Part shown: one piece after another, positions 18,289 to 29,400 of the stretch
Layout: each line of letters starts with the position of its first letter
Numbering within the stretch: position 1 is the stretch's first letter
DNA from: a virus
DNA: 64,000 nucleotides
Direction: 5' to 3' (one strand)
IMG/VR virus record: IMGVR_UViG_3300045738_000438
Span: 3,432 to 67,431 of that record
Position numbers and translations under genes: made by a program
Notes under the pieces: generated by a model
Told to the model about the DNA's origin: nothing
Databases searched by the model: none
What the model saw: only the letters and a program-made list of their open reading frames with translations

Positions 18289-20421
18289 ATGCCATCACCA
18301 GTAAAACCGAGCGACATAAAGGAAACACTAGCAACAACTGACAGCTATGTTTGCACCAGACTAAAGAAGGTTCTCGTTGATTTCCCTAAGGCTGTTTATG
18401 CGTGGTTCTCCTATATTTACAACGAGGATGGGACGTTCACAGATGACTTCAAGGACGAGATTTGTGCAATAGATTGCGAGAACATAATAATCAAACCACC
18501 TCCGATCCCCTGTGACCCGGAGACTGATTCAAATTGTGAGCCACCCGTAGGAGGATTGGAGCCGCCGCGTGTAAGGGCAGGAGCCGCAATGAGGCACGCA
18601 GGTGGAATCCCCTTGGTGTGGCCGCATGTCACTGGTGCCAGAAGCTATGATCTTTACAGGGCAGATACCGCAAGCACTGTTCCCGCCAGCAGAACCCTCT
18701 TAAGAAAAGGGTTGATATGGAGTGACGGATACAATTCAGACAGGAACAAACTACGAAGGAGACCTGACGATACGTTCTTGTTTGTTGATATCCCTAATGG
18801 GCTGGCTTGGGATTCAGGAAATGCTGAACATGCAGCAGGGAGCGCATTGGATGGCGGCGAATCCTACTATTACTGGGTGAGGGCCGTTGATGTTAATGGC
18901 AACCCAAGCGGCTGGAGCAAAAGCGCGTTGGGCTTCAGTCGTAATGTTACAAACTTTGACTCCATTGGAACCGCAGCCTTGCTTTGGTCTGGTCAGGAAG
19001 CCACACCGCTTGCCACAGGAGAAAGCGAGGGGGTAGGTGGACTTTTTGCCAAGACTAAGATGCGCGTCACGTTGCGCTCAGGCGGTGGTGGAGGTGCAGG
19101 CGGTGGGGATTACAACACCCCGGTTTACAATAAGTTCCACATCACCGCCATAACCCATGACAACAATACAGGAGACAACACGTTTACACTGGATTCAAAT
19201 GCAGGCGACCACGGATTTAAGGGGGGCTATCAGGTTACACTGGATGGAAACAGCAATACGGCATGGAATAAGAAGTTCGGCGTCCATGAGTCAATGAAAG
19301 AGTCAAACAAGTTCAAGCTTGTGGCGGCAGAGTGTGTCGGCCTTGGCTCCCCCACTGCGGCGACCAGCGGAACCCTGCCTGACAACTCAGCCGTGAGTCA
19401 TTACGGAACTGTATATGCCACAGACTTTAAGAACCCCGTCAAGATCACAGGAGGTGGAGGTGGTGCGGGAGGAATTGTTCAGGCGGTTTTCACAATTGAC
19501 GATCTAGTCAAGGTTAGGGTCAGGACATACGACATTAACGGACTCCTAGTGGACTACACAACAGGTTCAGTTGCAGAAGGCCCAACCAAGGCGAAGCTTG
19601 ATAATCCAACAAACTCAACACACCTTACAGCGTCTACTATCCCTGATGACACCAGCTACTTCCCGTTCAACCAAGGGGGCCGAGGAAGGAATGATGCATC
19701 TGCAACAGTTGGTTCCGGGGTAGGCCCGCCGACTCCCGGCGTTCCTGCTTCGGATGACAAGCATTCCGCTAACGCGGCCCCGTACATCACGGTGCTTGAG
19801 ATATCAGATGATACGGGAAGCTCCCCAACTTGGTATCCCATATTATGGGTAAGTGACGGAGAAGGCGGGGGGTATAAGAACTCTGGAGACGGAGGGAACG
19901 TCAGCGTAGGAGGCCAATCCGCAAGGCCAGTGTGGTGGAGGAAATCCCTTTTGGATGAGGCTGCCTCTACGTCCACCGCCTTGGGAAGTGTCGTGGCATT
20001 CAAGGCAACCGACCCAACTGACAGCAATTACGTAAAGGCCCAGTACGGTTACATAGACTACGAGCCATCGTCTGGAGGTGCAGCCACACTTAGGGCTGCC
20101 GCTCTTAACGGGAAAGGGATTGTGTTCTATGACGGCGGCGATGGCGCGGACGGAGTCGTGGCCAACCCGTTCACTGGCAAAGGAGGGCACGTGTGGGATG
20201 GCTTGGTTCACCAAGGGCCACCTTCTGCCCGCCACCTCCCGTTGCATTTAAGGTTTGACCGCCTTGGGCAGGCGTTCGACATCAAGCAGTCCCCCGGTAG
20301 TGGTGGTTGGGGTTGCCAAGGGACAGGTGAACAGCAATTTGGGAGACACGCATGGGGAGGCCACGCCTTAGCTGGGTGTGCATACCTGACCTACGCAACC
20401 GCAGACTATGACGGGGCATGA
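18289..20421 (+). CDS. tail fibre-like protein with FN3-like and Gly-rich domains
   Basis: YYYWVRAVDVNGNPSGWS (FN3 end motif), GGGGGAGGG repeats. Confidence 0.65.
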   Translation: MPSPVKPSDIKETLATTDSYVCTRLKKVLVDFPKAVYAWFSYIYNEDGTFTDDFKDEICAIDCENIIIKPPPIPCDPETDSNCEPPVGGLEPPRVRAGAAMRHAGGIPLVWPHVTGARSYDLYRADTASTVPASRTLLRKGLIWSDGYNSDRNKLRRRPDDTFLFVDIPNGLAWDSGNAEHAAGSALDGGESYYYWVRAVDVNGNPSGWSKSALGFSRNVTNFDSIGTAALLWSGQEATPLATGESEGVGGLFAKTKMRVTLRSGGGGGAGGGDYNTPVYNKFHITAITHDNNTGDNTFTLDSNAGDHGFKGGYQVTLDGNSNTAWNKKFGVHESMKESNKFKLVAAECVGLGSPTAATSGTLPDNSAVSHYGTVYATDFKNPVKITGGGGGAGGIVQAVFTIDDLVKVRVRTYDINGLLVDYTTGSVAEGPTKAKLDNPTNSTHLTASTIPDDTSYFPFNQGGRGRNDASATVGSGVGPPTPGVPASDDKHSANAAPYITVLEISDDTGSSPTWYPILWVSDGEGGGYKNSGDGGNVSVGGQSARPVWWRKSLLDEAASTSTALGSVVAFKATDPTDSNYVKAQYGYIDYEPSSGGAATLRAAALNGKGIVFYDGGDGADGVVANPFTGKGGHVWDGLVHQGPPSARHLPLHLRFDRLGQAFDIKQSPGSGGWGCQGTGEQQFGRHAWGGHALAGCAYLTYATADYDGA

Positions 20422-22433
20422 GAATACCACCTGATGCAAAACTATATGAACTGCGCCCGTTAACTGGGCCGCTTGACCCATCCTCGTCCCCTGATGCTGT
20501 ATTGGCGGGCGGCCACAGGTGGGTACAGAACTTCAGGGTTAACGCATCTGGTGCGCTGGCTAGAGCAGAAGGGTTTAGGCGTCTGTTATACACCAGCACT
20601 GGCTACAACAACGCTGATCTGCACAACCAACTGGAAAAGACAGAGTCCGGTGCAACGGCAGAGGACATCACACTTTTGTTTGAGGCGGGGTCTTCTTCAA
20701 CAGGGCTTGGCAAGTTGTTAGCCGGGACTAAGAGCAGGCTTTACGCGCTCAACACCAAGACAAAGAACTGGAAGCTGGTTGGCGAATCCATGAGTGGCGA
20801 CGGGGCGTGGAAGGCGGCTCAACTTGGGGAGTTTGTTATCTTTGTGAAAGGGTCAGGGGTTCCTGTTTATTATAAGTACGACCAACCACGTGAGCAGGAG
20901 AGTGTTGGCGGCAACCTTGTGGACAAGACCAACTCCCTAAAGGAAATAGATTCCTTCAAGGAGATAGGGCTGAACAGGGTCAGGCATATAAAAGAGTGGC
21001 GCGGGTTGATGTTCTACGGGAACGTGAGTGAAGGGAACGAATGGGTGCCAGATCGGCTGGTGTGGTCAGACTTTAAGAAGCCGTTTGAAATAACACCAAA
21101 CGTAACAGACAGCTTGGCTGGGTACCAAGACTTGGGGGAAGGCGAAGAGATCGTCGGCATGGAGCCGATTGCTAATGTTCTCCTGATTTATACCAAGCGG
21201 GGCATCTGGCAGTTTGAGGTGTCTGGTGGTACGGGGACTGATGTCCTGACCTTCAGGAAGCGTTACTCAGATGAGGCCAACGGGGCAATGATTCCGAACT
21301 ATCCTAACACTATAGTAGCTGCTGGAGACCAGCACTTCTACTTGGGAAGGGACGGTGTATATTCCTATAACGTGTACAAGGGAAACCCCGCCAAGGAAGA
21401 CTGGCTGCAACTGGCGTCCAGCGTCATCTTTGATGACATAAACACAAGCCTTTGTGAGTTACCCATTGCAAGTTTCAATGCCAGAAACAACGAGGTCTGG
21501 ATTAGTTGGCCGAGCAAGAACGCCACAAAGAACGACAAGACCTTGATCATCAACACAAAATACAAACATGTATCTTATATGGACGCAGGCTTCACGGCGT
21601 TCACAAACTACACCAACCATGAATACACAAGCTTGGGGGAGTGGATGTCCTCAACTAATTACGTCTGTTCCCCCTCCAAGATAAACAGCTTCAGGGAGGG
21701 AACCGAAGGGGCAAGCATTGATGTTTTTAGTACCGATGTGGGCACCCCGGCCATCACGGAAATATTTAACTTTGATTCCGACATAAGCTCAAACGGAACA
21801 CCGAACGTGATCAGTGACACCGGCTTCAGCGGCGACGACCTGAAAACAGAAAACTGGGGGCTGACGGCAGAGTCAACAAGCCTGTACACCAAGCTTGGAA
21901 GCACCACCTATGCCGACCTATGTACGGTTAGCTGCCCTGATGAGGTTAGGTTTGTGATGGCGTATGCCACTGACAACTGCCTGAAGGAAGACGGGAACAC
22001 CTACACTAGGGAGAGGTACAATGGTTCCATATATGAGAAGGATGACTACAAGTCTATCCTGACTAGCCCAGCACTCAGGCTTAACGACCCAACCAAGGAT
22101 AAACTATTAAGGGCTTTAACCTTAGAGTTTGACCACGCTCAAGCAGGAGGAAAGATTGTCCTAAGGGTGGGGAACTCAGCGCAGGCTACAGACCCCAACA
22201 AGGTGGGTTGCGGTTTAGTGTGGCACAAGCAGGCTGACGAGAAGTCAGTTAGCTGCGTTACTGAAAACTCCAGAACAGAACACGCCGTGCTTGGAACCAG
22301 AGCATCCGAGGAATTAACTTGGCCCCTGTATACTCAGGGAAGGAACCTGTACTACGAACTCTCTATCAGCGGGACAGGGGGTGCGTTTGAAGCCACAGCA
22401 GTGAGGTTATATGCCGCAACTCAAAAAACGTAG
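20418..22433 (+). CDS. tail nozzle/stabilisation protein (P22 gp10 / T7 gp12-like)
   Basis: Beta-propeller-like segments RLVWSD, GEEIVGM, LLIYTKRGIW, FYLGRDGVY; size and position. Confidence 0.7.
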   Translation: MRIPPDAKLYELRPLTGPLDPSSSPDAVLAGGHRWVQNFRVNASGALARAEGFRRLLYTSTGYNNADLHNQLEKTESGATAEDITLLFEAGSSSTGLGKLLAGTKSRLYALNTKTKNWKLVGESMSGDGAWKAAQLGEFVIFVKGSGVPVYYKYDQPREQESVGGNLVDKTNSLKEIDSFKEIGLNRVRHIKEWRGLMFYGNVSEGNEWVPDRLVWSDFKKPFEITPNVTDSLAGYQDLGEGEEIVGMEPIANVLLIYTKRGIWQFEVSGGTGTDVLTFRKRYSDEANGAMIPNYPNTIVAAGDQHFYLGRDGVYSYNVYKGNPAKEDWLQLASSVIFDDINTSLCELPIASFNARNNEVWISWPSKNATKNDKTLIINTKYKHVSYMDAGFTAFTNYTNHEYTSLGEWMSSTNYVCSPSKINSFREGTEGASIDVFSTDVGTPAITEIFNFDSDISSNGTPNVISDTGFSGDDLKTENWGLTAESTSLYTKLGSTTYADLCTVSCPDEVRFVMAYATDNCLKEDGNTYTRERYNGSIYEKDDYKSILTSPALRLNDPTKDKLLRALTLEFDHAQAGGKIVLRVGNSAQATDPNKVGCGLVWHKQADEKSVSCVTENSRTEHAVLGTRASEELTWPLYTQGRNLYYELSISGTGGAFEATAVRLYAATQKT

Positions 22434-22875
22434 TGACGAGGACGGTGCGCGGGTAGATGAACTTCTAGCAAGAGCGCAAACTCAAACCCTAAAGCCTGAA
22501 GAGGTCAAGGAACTGATGTGGGTTCTGATACCGTTCTTTGATCTCCCCGCTTTTTACATAGATGGCAGACAGTTCTACTTTGATGGAACGCTTGGGATGC
22601 TATACGAAAAGGTGGGGGACGAAAGGCACTACGTCTTGGTGTCCGAAGACAAGCTTTCCTCCTTTGGTGTAGGTGGTGGAGGAGCGGTCAACCGGGGAGG
22701 AGGGCCGTTCGCCAGACTGGTGGTGGATAACAGCAAGCTGAAGGTTCCTCTTCCTGAGTTCCCGACAGTTCCAGAGAACGTGAAGTCCAAATTCCCTGAG
22801 TTAAAAGACGAATGGAACAAGTGGGAGTCAGCGGTTGGGGAGTGGGTAAGGAACGTCCAGAACGCTTTAAACTAA
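22411..22875 (+). CDS. hypothetical virion protein
   Basis: ORF in tail operon; C-terminus similar to that of the next gene. Confidence 0.65.
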   Translation: MPQLKKRSDEDGARVDELLARAQTQTLKPEEVKELMWVLIPFFDLPAFYIDGRQFYFDGTLGMLYEKVGDERHYVLVSEDKLSSFGVGGGGAVNRGGGPFARLVVDNSKLKVPLPEFPTVPENVKSKFPELKDEWNKWESAVGEWVRNVQNALN

Positions 22876-23577
22876 ATGCCTCTTTATCGACCACTAGAAC
22901 TTCAGGTGTTCAACTATATAGATCAGGTTGAACTGAAAGAACTGGACTTGGTGGAGCAAGATGACCTGCGGGAGTATTCTTTCTCGTTTGGTGCAAACGC
23001 AGGAGAGATCAGGGACAACTATGTAACTGAGATTGATCAGGCAGGTTTTGACCTGCGGACTTATCAGGTAATCTGGAAAGCGTTTTGCGAGTTACTGTTT
23101 GCCTTGGACAGGTCATGGGAAACCCCATACGGATACGGGAATGGTGGTATGTTTAAGCTGTTCTGGGAGGAACACCGTGATGGAGACCACTACTGGTACT
23201 GGGATGAAGACGGTGATCTGGAGTACGGGTGGGCATTGTATGCTGACATAGAATCGGTTGAAGGCGTGGCCAGCCTACAGGAGGGAGTGGTTGCACTGTT
23301 CAAGGGAAAGCCAATATCCCGTAAGGACATCACCATGATCTTCAGGGGGGAAGGGCCAGAAACAGGGGGTACTGAGGCCCAGACCTTGTTGCAGCCAGCG
23401 GGGGTTGAAGCCGGGGGTATAGATGTTAGCGGAACACCAATTGACATCCCATTGTTCCCTAAGTGGAGTGATAAGATTAAAGAAAAGTTCCACCGATCCA
23501 CGGACAAAACCATGTCCGGGTGGGATAAATCCCTAGATGACTGGACTGCCGAGCTTCAAATATCCCTAACAGCTTAA
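22876..23577 (+). CDS. hypothetical virion protein
   Basis: Abuts previous gene; shared C-terminal motif. Confidence 0.65.
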   Translation: MPLYRPLELQVFNYIDQVELKELDLVEQDDLREYSFSFGANAGEIRDNYVTEIDQAGFDLRTYQVIWKAFCELLFALDRSWETPYGYGNGGMFKLFWEEHRDGDHYWYWDEDGDLEYGWALYADIESVEGVASLQEGVVALFKGKPISRKDITMIFRGEGPETGGTEAQTLLQPAGVEAGGIDVSGTPIDIPLFPKWSDKIKEKFHRSTDKTMSGWDKSLDDWTAELQISLTA

Positions 23578-23611
23578 CGTCTCTGCCCCTGCTTGTGTTA
23601 AAATAACGCGC

Positions 23612-24589
23612 ATGGCGGTTAATTACTTTGACAGGCTGCAAGGGAAAAAAGACGAGGCGTTAAGAGGGAGCAGGAATTGGCCGCAATTCCAGCCCGCAGT
23701 TCGTCCGTTTGCAGGTATACAGACAGGCATACAGACTGGGGCAGGGCAACAAGACCCGTACCAGACAATCTCAACCCCACGGAACGAGGAACTCTCCAAC
23801 CGGATCAGGGAGATTCTAGGCGAACAGAAGAGCAACCAAAGCTCCACGGACACCGCGCTGAACCGATATGAGAACACCCTTAACCGGGGTGAGGTCAGGG
23901 GTTACGCAAACCAAGAGGCAGACTACCTATCCAACATATACGGAGGTGGCCTTGAATCTAGGCTGGATGCGCTGCGTGACAAGAGTGCCGATGCAATGAG
24001 GGGGGCGGCTGACTTGGCCAGCCAGAACCTCAGGAGAGACCTGAAGATGGCTGGGTTCAGGAGCCGAGGTGGAGCCGGGAGCAGGCTGGATCGGATGGCG
24101 GCTGACCGCTCTTACCAGATTGAAACGGCCTTGGCCAACCAGATGGCCAACAGGGAACGATCCGACTTTGACTACATGAACCAGCTTCAGTCTTCCAACA
24201 TAGGGAGGCGGCAGGGGATTATGGACTCACTAGCGTCAAGGGAGCTTTTCCCATCACGGGCCAGAAACCAGATGTTCAACCAGCAACTGAACCAGTTGGG
24301 CCAGATTGGGCAGATGGATAGGACGAACAGCATATACCACTTGGCTGAGACCCCTGAATACACACAGGCACGGGAATACCAAGCAGCCTTGGAGGAGCAA
24401 GGGTTACAGCCTTACTCAATGCCCGGAACAGGCTACGCCAATTACGATATGAGTCAGACTGAACCTTGGGCTAGGTTTCCCAAGCAGCCGTTTTCTGGGT
24501 ACGGAGTGAATCCGGTCAACGGATTGCAGGGCTACCAGTATTCAGCCCCACTTTACAATAATTACCCCACAGTTCTTCAAAGGGTTTAG
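23612..24589 (+). CDS. internal virion/ejection protein (putative)
   Basis: Gln/Asn/Ala-rich helical composition; position after nozzle gene. Confidence 0.6.
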   Translation: MAVNYFDRLQGKKDEALRGSRNWPQFQPAVRPFAGIQTGIQTGAGQQDPYQTISTPRNEELSNRIREILGEQKSNQSSTDTALNRYENTLNRGEVRGYANQEADYLSNIYGGGLESRLDALRDKSADAMRGAADLASQNLRRDLKMAGFRSRGGAGSRLDRMAADRSYQIETALANQMANRERSDFDYMNQLQSSNIGRRQGIMDSLASRELFPSRARNQMFNQQLNQLGQIGQMDRTNSIYHLAETPEYTQAREYQAALEEQGLQPYSMPGTGYANYDMSQTEPWARFPKQPFSGYGVNPVNGLQGYQYSAPLYNNYPTVLQRV

Positions 24590-24592
24590 CCC

Positions 24593-24611
24593 TTAAACTA
24601 TCATAGTATAA
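24593..24611. repeat. 19-bp palindrome copy 4
   Basis: TTAAACTATCATAGTATAA overlapping the ATG at 24611. Confidence 0.95.
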
Positions 24612-26452
24612 TGCCAACTTTTTACGAAATAGCAGAGAACGCAAGGAGGAGGAACCAGAGAAACCTCACCCCCGGAGCAGACATCAACTATCAGTACGGG
24701 CCGTTTGGGGCCAAGGGTCAAAACACCGCGCCGGTAGGCATGGGCCAGCACATGATTGAGCCTGATTACTACACTCCTCCGGGGACTTCCAACAACCAGA
24801 TGTGGTTCGCAAACGAAGACCCGTCACAGCAGTTTGATTCTTTCCAAGCTGCAATGGATTTCACTGGAGGCGACCCTGAGATGGAGCGCAAGGTGGCAAT
24901 GTACAACGCCGATGCCGCCCAAAAGAAACAAGATGCAAACAGGAAGGTGGCAATGGAGTTGATGAACCAGCAGCGGCTCAGGGAAAACGCCATGAGAGGC
25001 ATGGCCGAGACGAGGAGAAGAGACCAAATCAAGTTTAATCAGGAAACCTACCTAAGGAGAGATACCGAAAAAAGAAGACAGGATTCATCAGACAGGACTG
25101 CCTTAATTTCAGCGGCACAATATGAAAGAGACCCACGTAAGAGGCAGCAGTTGAGGAACATGTTAATGCAAAGCGGGGGGACAAGTGCGGACGCTGCTAG
25201 ATTCAATGCACTCACATCCAACAGGGACTACTACGACAAGAACTACAACCGGAACGAAGAGGAACAACAGCAGAGGTCTGATTTTACATTTGCTGCGAAC
25301 GCGCTGAAGGCTGGGGCTAGGCAGGGCTGGGACGAGCTTGGCTATGATTCCAGCACCTTCTCCTCACGGCAACGTGCAGCACTGGGAATGTACTCACGGA
25401 CGTATGACACGCAGGCCAATTCGTTTGACAACCAAGCCAAGCAGATAACCAGAGGTGTCAGGGCTTTTAACGACAACATAAACAACCTTCAAGACACGGA
25501 GTTTAACAGGGCGAACGACCCCAATTTCATTTTTGATCAGAGCAAGATTGATGATCTGGAAATTGCGAAGGCGAAGTACATACAAGCAGCCAAGGACGGG
25601 GGTTATATTACCGATGGTTCCACTGAAGGAAACATACAGTCAGCTTGGACGCCTGAGCTTAAGCCAAGGTGGGGTAATGTGTTCGACCAAAACAACCAAA
25701 CCACCCAAAGCGGTGGTGGGAACTATGTTGTGCCGGGGAAAATCTATGAAGATAATTTAAAGAACGCCCAATACGAATACAGCCAAGCTCAGAATAACTT
25801 AAGGTTGGCTGGGTTGGCCGATGAGAAAAACAACAAAGCATCTGCACAAGATGCAAGGGGACTGAAGTACAGACTGGAACAGCAGGCTCACCATGCAATG
25901 ACGAATCCGGGAAATTCGGTTCACCGTCAACGCGCTGGGGGCGACCCGACACGTCTTCCCGTGAGTGTCGATTCTCCTGAGTTCTTTGAATATTACTCAA
26001 GAGAAGTGGGCGAAGAGAAGGCACGTCAAGAAATTGATCAATACAATGTAGACATGCTCGCCGATTTTTATGCTGGAAAATACGACCGGAGCGAGACTAC
26101 GCTAGTCGGTGAATCCGAGTTGAGAAGGGCAGAGAAAAACCTAAAAAAAGCACGGGAAGGTTACTTCAAAGGAAGAGCAGATGACGCGGCAGCCGCTGCT
26201 GCAAGTCCACCTACCCCGGCGTCCGCTACTGGGCCGAGTCCTGAAGCTTCTTCCCTCAACGTGGCTGATACAGGGTTTGCAAACCCCTACGTGGAGGGCC
26301 GAACCACCATCACCAAGTCACAGGCAATTCAGAGAATCATGTCCCGCATGATGGAAATAATGCAGGCGGGTGGGGATGACAGTAGCCGTGAAAGCGCAAA
26401 GAGGATGGCTACCGCCGAGGTGTACAGGAACTACAACGTAAGAGATTATTAA
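24611..26452 (+). CDS. internal virion/ejection protein (putative)
   Basis: Hydrophilic helical 613 aa, TAATG coupled to the giant gene. Confidence 0.6.
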   Translation: MPTFYEIAENARRRNQRNLTPGADINYQYGPFGAKGQNTAPVGMGQHMIEPDYYTPPGTSNNQMWFANEDPSQQFDSFQAAMDFTGGDPEMERKVAMYNADAAQKKQDANRKVAMELMNQQRLRENAMRGMAETRRRDQIKFNQETYLRRDTEKRRQDSSDRTALISAAQYERDPRKRQQLRNMLMQSGGTSADAARFNALTSNRDYYDKNYNRNEEEQQQRSDFTFAANALKAGARQGWDELGYDSSTFSSRQRAALGMYSRTYDTQANSFDNQAKQITRGVRAFNDNINNLQDTEFNRANDPNFIFDQSKIDDLEIAKAKYIQAAKDGGYITDGSTEGNIQSAWTPELKPRWGNVFDQNNQTTQSGGGNYVVPGKIYEDNLKNAQYEYSQAQNNLRLAGLADEKNNKASAQDARGLKYRLEQQAHHAMTNPGNSVHRQRAGGDPTRLPVSVDSPEFFEYYSREVGEEKARQEIDQYNVDMLADFYAGKYDRSETTLVGESELRRAEKNLKKAREGYFKGRADDAAAAAASPPTPASATGPSPEASSLNVADTGFANPYVEGRTTITKSQAIQRIMSRMMEIMQAGGDDSSRESAKRMATAEVYRNYNVRDY

Positions 26453-29400
26453 TGCCAATTACGACAGGAGGAATAGATTACGACTTCGGCATTGAAGACT
26501 TAGACAGTTTATTCTCCGACTTCAATGCCAACCCTGATCTCGTATCCTTATGGGATGAGAGGCGTCGGCAGATAGAAGAACGGGAAGGCTTTGAAGACGC
26601 CCCAATATCCAGTTGGTTGGGGGGCATGCACACCGGGATCATGGCCACCCCGGAGTCCATCAACTTACAGTCGCAGCAGATAGACGAACTTTGGGATGCG
26701 TGGTTTGGGGACGATGAAGCGCAAAAACAGTCAAGGCTTGACCGCCAAGAGGCACAAGCTGAATACGATGCAGTAACCAAGGCCGAATACGAGAGCATGG
26801 CCAACCCGGACGCTGCTGCTTCAGGTGGTTGGTGGGGAGGCGTGTTAGCTGAGGAATTGCCGTTCCTCATTGGGTCAATGGGAGTAGGAACCCTTGCTAA
26901 GGCTGGGGCTAAAGGCTTGTTTAAGGTTGCTGGCAAAAGTCTGGCAAAGGAAACAGCAGGGAAGATAGGCAGCAGGACTGCCCTTGGGACAACGGCTGGT
27001 ATCCACGGCTTGCGTAGCGGAGGCGGCATGTTTGCTGAGGCGGTGGAGATGACCGCCCAAAGAAAGCTGCCTGCCTTAAGGGAAGCCAACCCTGACCTGA
27101 CAGACGAACAGGTTATAGACCTTGCCTATGCGGACTCTCAGGGCGAAGCACGTGGCCCAGCGACAGCCGCAGGAGCATTGACCGCAGGGTTGGTCACCTT
27201 GTTTGGGTTCACGGGGCCACAGTCTTGGTTCCTTAGGGGGAACAAGGCGGGTGGCGATGCGGTTGGTAATACAATTGGCCAGTACCTTGGTTCAATGGTA
27301 AGGCATTCCGGGTTTGAGGCCACTGAGGAAGGGCTTGACGCGCTTGGCCAAGGCTTAATTGCCAAGGGAACTTATGACCCAGAAAGAACGTGGGGACAAA
27401 TAGGAACCCACATTCTTGATGGTGTGATGGCTGGTGCTGTGATGGGCGGTGCATACCGTGGTGCATTCAGCGCACCGACATTTGCACAAAACCTTTACGA
27501 CAAAACAAAATATAACAAGGACAAGGTTATAGCTGATTTTATAGACATTGTTACCGAGGCCAACCCCAAGATATCAAAAGAAGAAGCCCGAAAAAAAGCA
27601 ACAGACGCTTATGAATCTGTACTAAACGAAGCAGTAGAAGGTGGTGCCGTAGTAACCAAGTCTGAAGACGTAGCCGAGGAGGGTAGAGGGTTACCGCTGC
27701 TCCCTGAGGAGGATGTTGCGTCCTTGGAGCAACAGGTTATAGACGCCACTGAATTACACAAAGCAGTTGTTGAGAAGTTTGGCCCTGAAAGCCCTGAGGC
27801 TAAGGCCGCGCTTGAAGACCTTAACCTCCTTGCAAAAAAGAAAACGGATGAGGGCGTCAAGCCTTCGGATATCCCCGGATATCCTGAAACCGCTGACCCT
27901 GAGGGAGAGTTAGTCCATGAATCAAAGGCCAAAGCAGATGGGGCTGGAAAGTCGGCCAAGACTTGGAAAACAGGGGATGGCGTATGGAGGAACATTGTAA
28001 GAAACGCAGACGGCTCCGTGTTCCGAGACGAAACAATAAGGGTAGTTTATCTCAGGGATGAAGATGGGGTTACATGGAAGCATGTATACAGGTTTAAAGA
28101 CGGGAAGGTTGTTAGCCATGAGTTAGGCGTCCTACCGGGGGAAGAGGCAAAGCAACCAAGAGAGTGGAAAGCTCCAGCGGGTTCTCATTCCGCACCCGTT
28201 GCCGGGACAGAGTCAGGCTTTAACCGAAGCCGAGATGAAGACGGTAATTTAGTAGAGGCAACATCCCCCGAAGAGGATGCAATGAACTACTTCAACAATG
28301 AAGGTGAGATCATTACAGAAGAAGAAGCCCTTGCCGCTGCTACACCTGAAGCTGAAGCTGAAGGCTTGTGGCCGAGGTACGAGAAAGGGTCAAGAAACAA
28401 TATTGAGCAGGCTGGTGATGATCTAGGCAAAAGAGCTTCGGTTGCACACGGGGTTAGAAAGAGTGAAAAGTTCACAGAGTCCACCCAAGAATTTCAGGAC
28501 TACGTTAATGGTGTAATCCAAGAAGCGGAAGACGCTGGGTATACGATTGAAGATGCGACAGGTAAGAAGTATGTGGAGGGGATGACTGTCGAAGCAGACT
28601 TCACTCCCGCAACAGAAGAGGATGAGGCGATAAGGCTGGAAGATGGCGAACACAGAGTCATCAAGAGGGTTATCAGACCCGCTCTTTTTAAGGACGGCAA
28701 GCAGCAAGGCGGCAGTCTCTTGCCACAGTACAAAGTAGTTGTATTCGGCCCGAAGGGAGAAGTTAAAGCTGACCCTGAGGGAGTAACAGAAGCGGAGACA
28801 GAAGAGGAAGCTGAAGCTGAGAGGCTGGAGCAAGAGAATCTGCGAGCGAAGGGGAATGACTATATGGCAGATTTGCCCCCTAAAGAAAGAGCGAAACTTA
28901 GAGAAAAGATACGCAAAGAGTATGGCATCCCTACCGAGGAAGAGTTTCAGGAAACAGTTAATAAGAATTTTAAAGAAGAGCTAGAACGGCAAGCGGCTGA
29001 CGGAGACCAGACCGCAATAGACTTACTGGAGGCACTCGCCCGTAAAGACGCATCTGAAGCTGCCCCGGCTGCTGCCCCTACCGAAACAACAGAGTATGTC
29101 CTTTCTGTATCCCGGCGTAAGGGAACCAAAGGGAAGGAGAAGGTTGCCGTTGACGAGGTTGAAGGTAGGCCAGCAACCACGGAAGTTGAGTTAGGCTTTA
29201 CGCTCGGAGCCACAGTGAAGCACCCTGCGGTTCTAAAGTGGAATGCCAAGAGAAGAACGTGGGGGGTTGGTTACTACGCAGGAAAGGACGCAAAGGGTAA
29301 GCCCAAATTTAATGAGTCGTTCTCGTTGAAGGATGACTCACTTGTCAGGACTTCAAAGGACGGCGGCAAGGTTATAGGTGCAATTATACCAAGGGGTATA

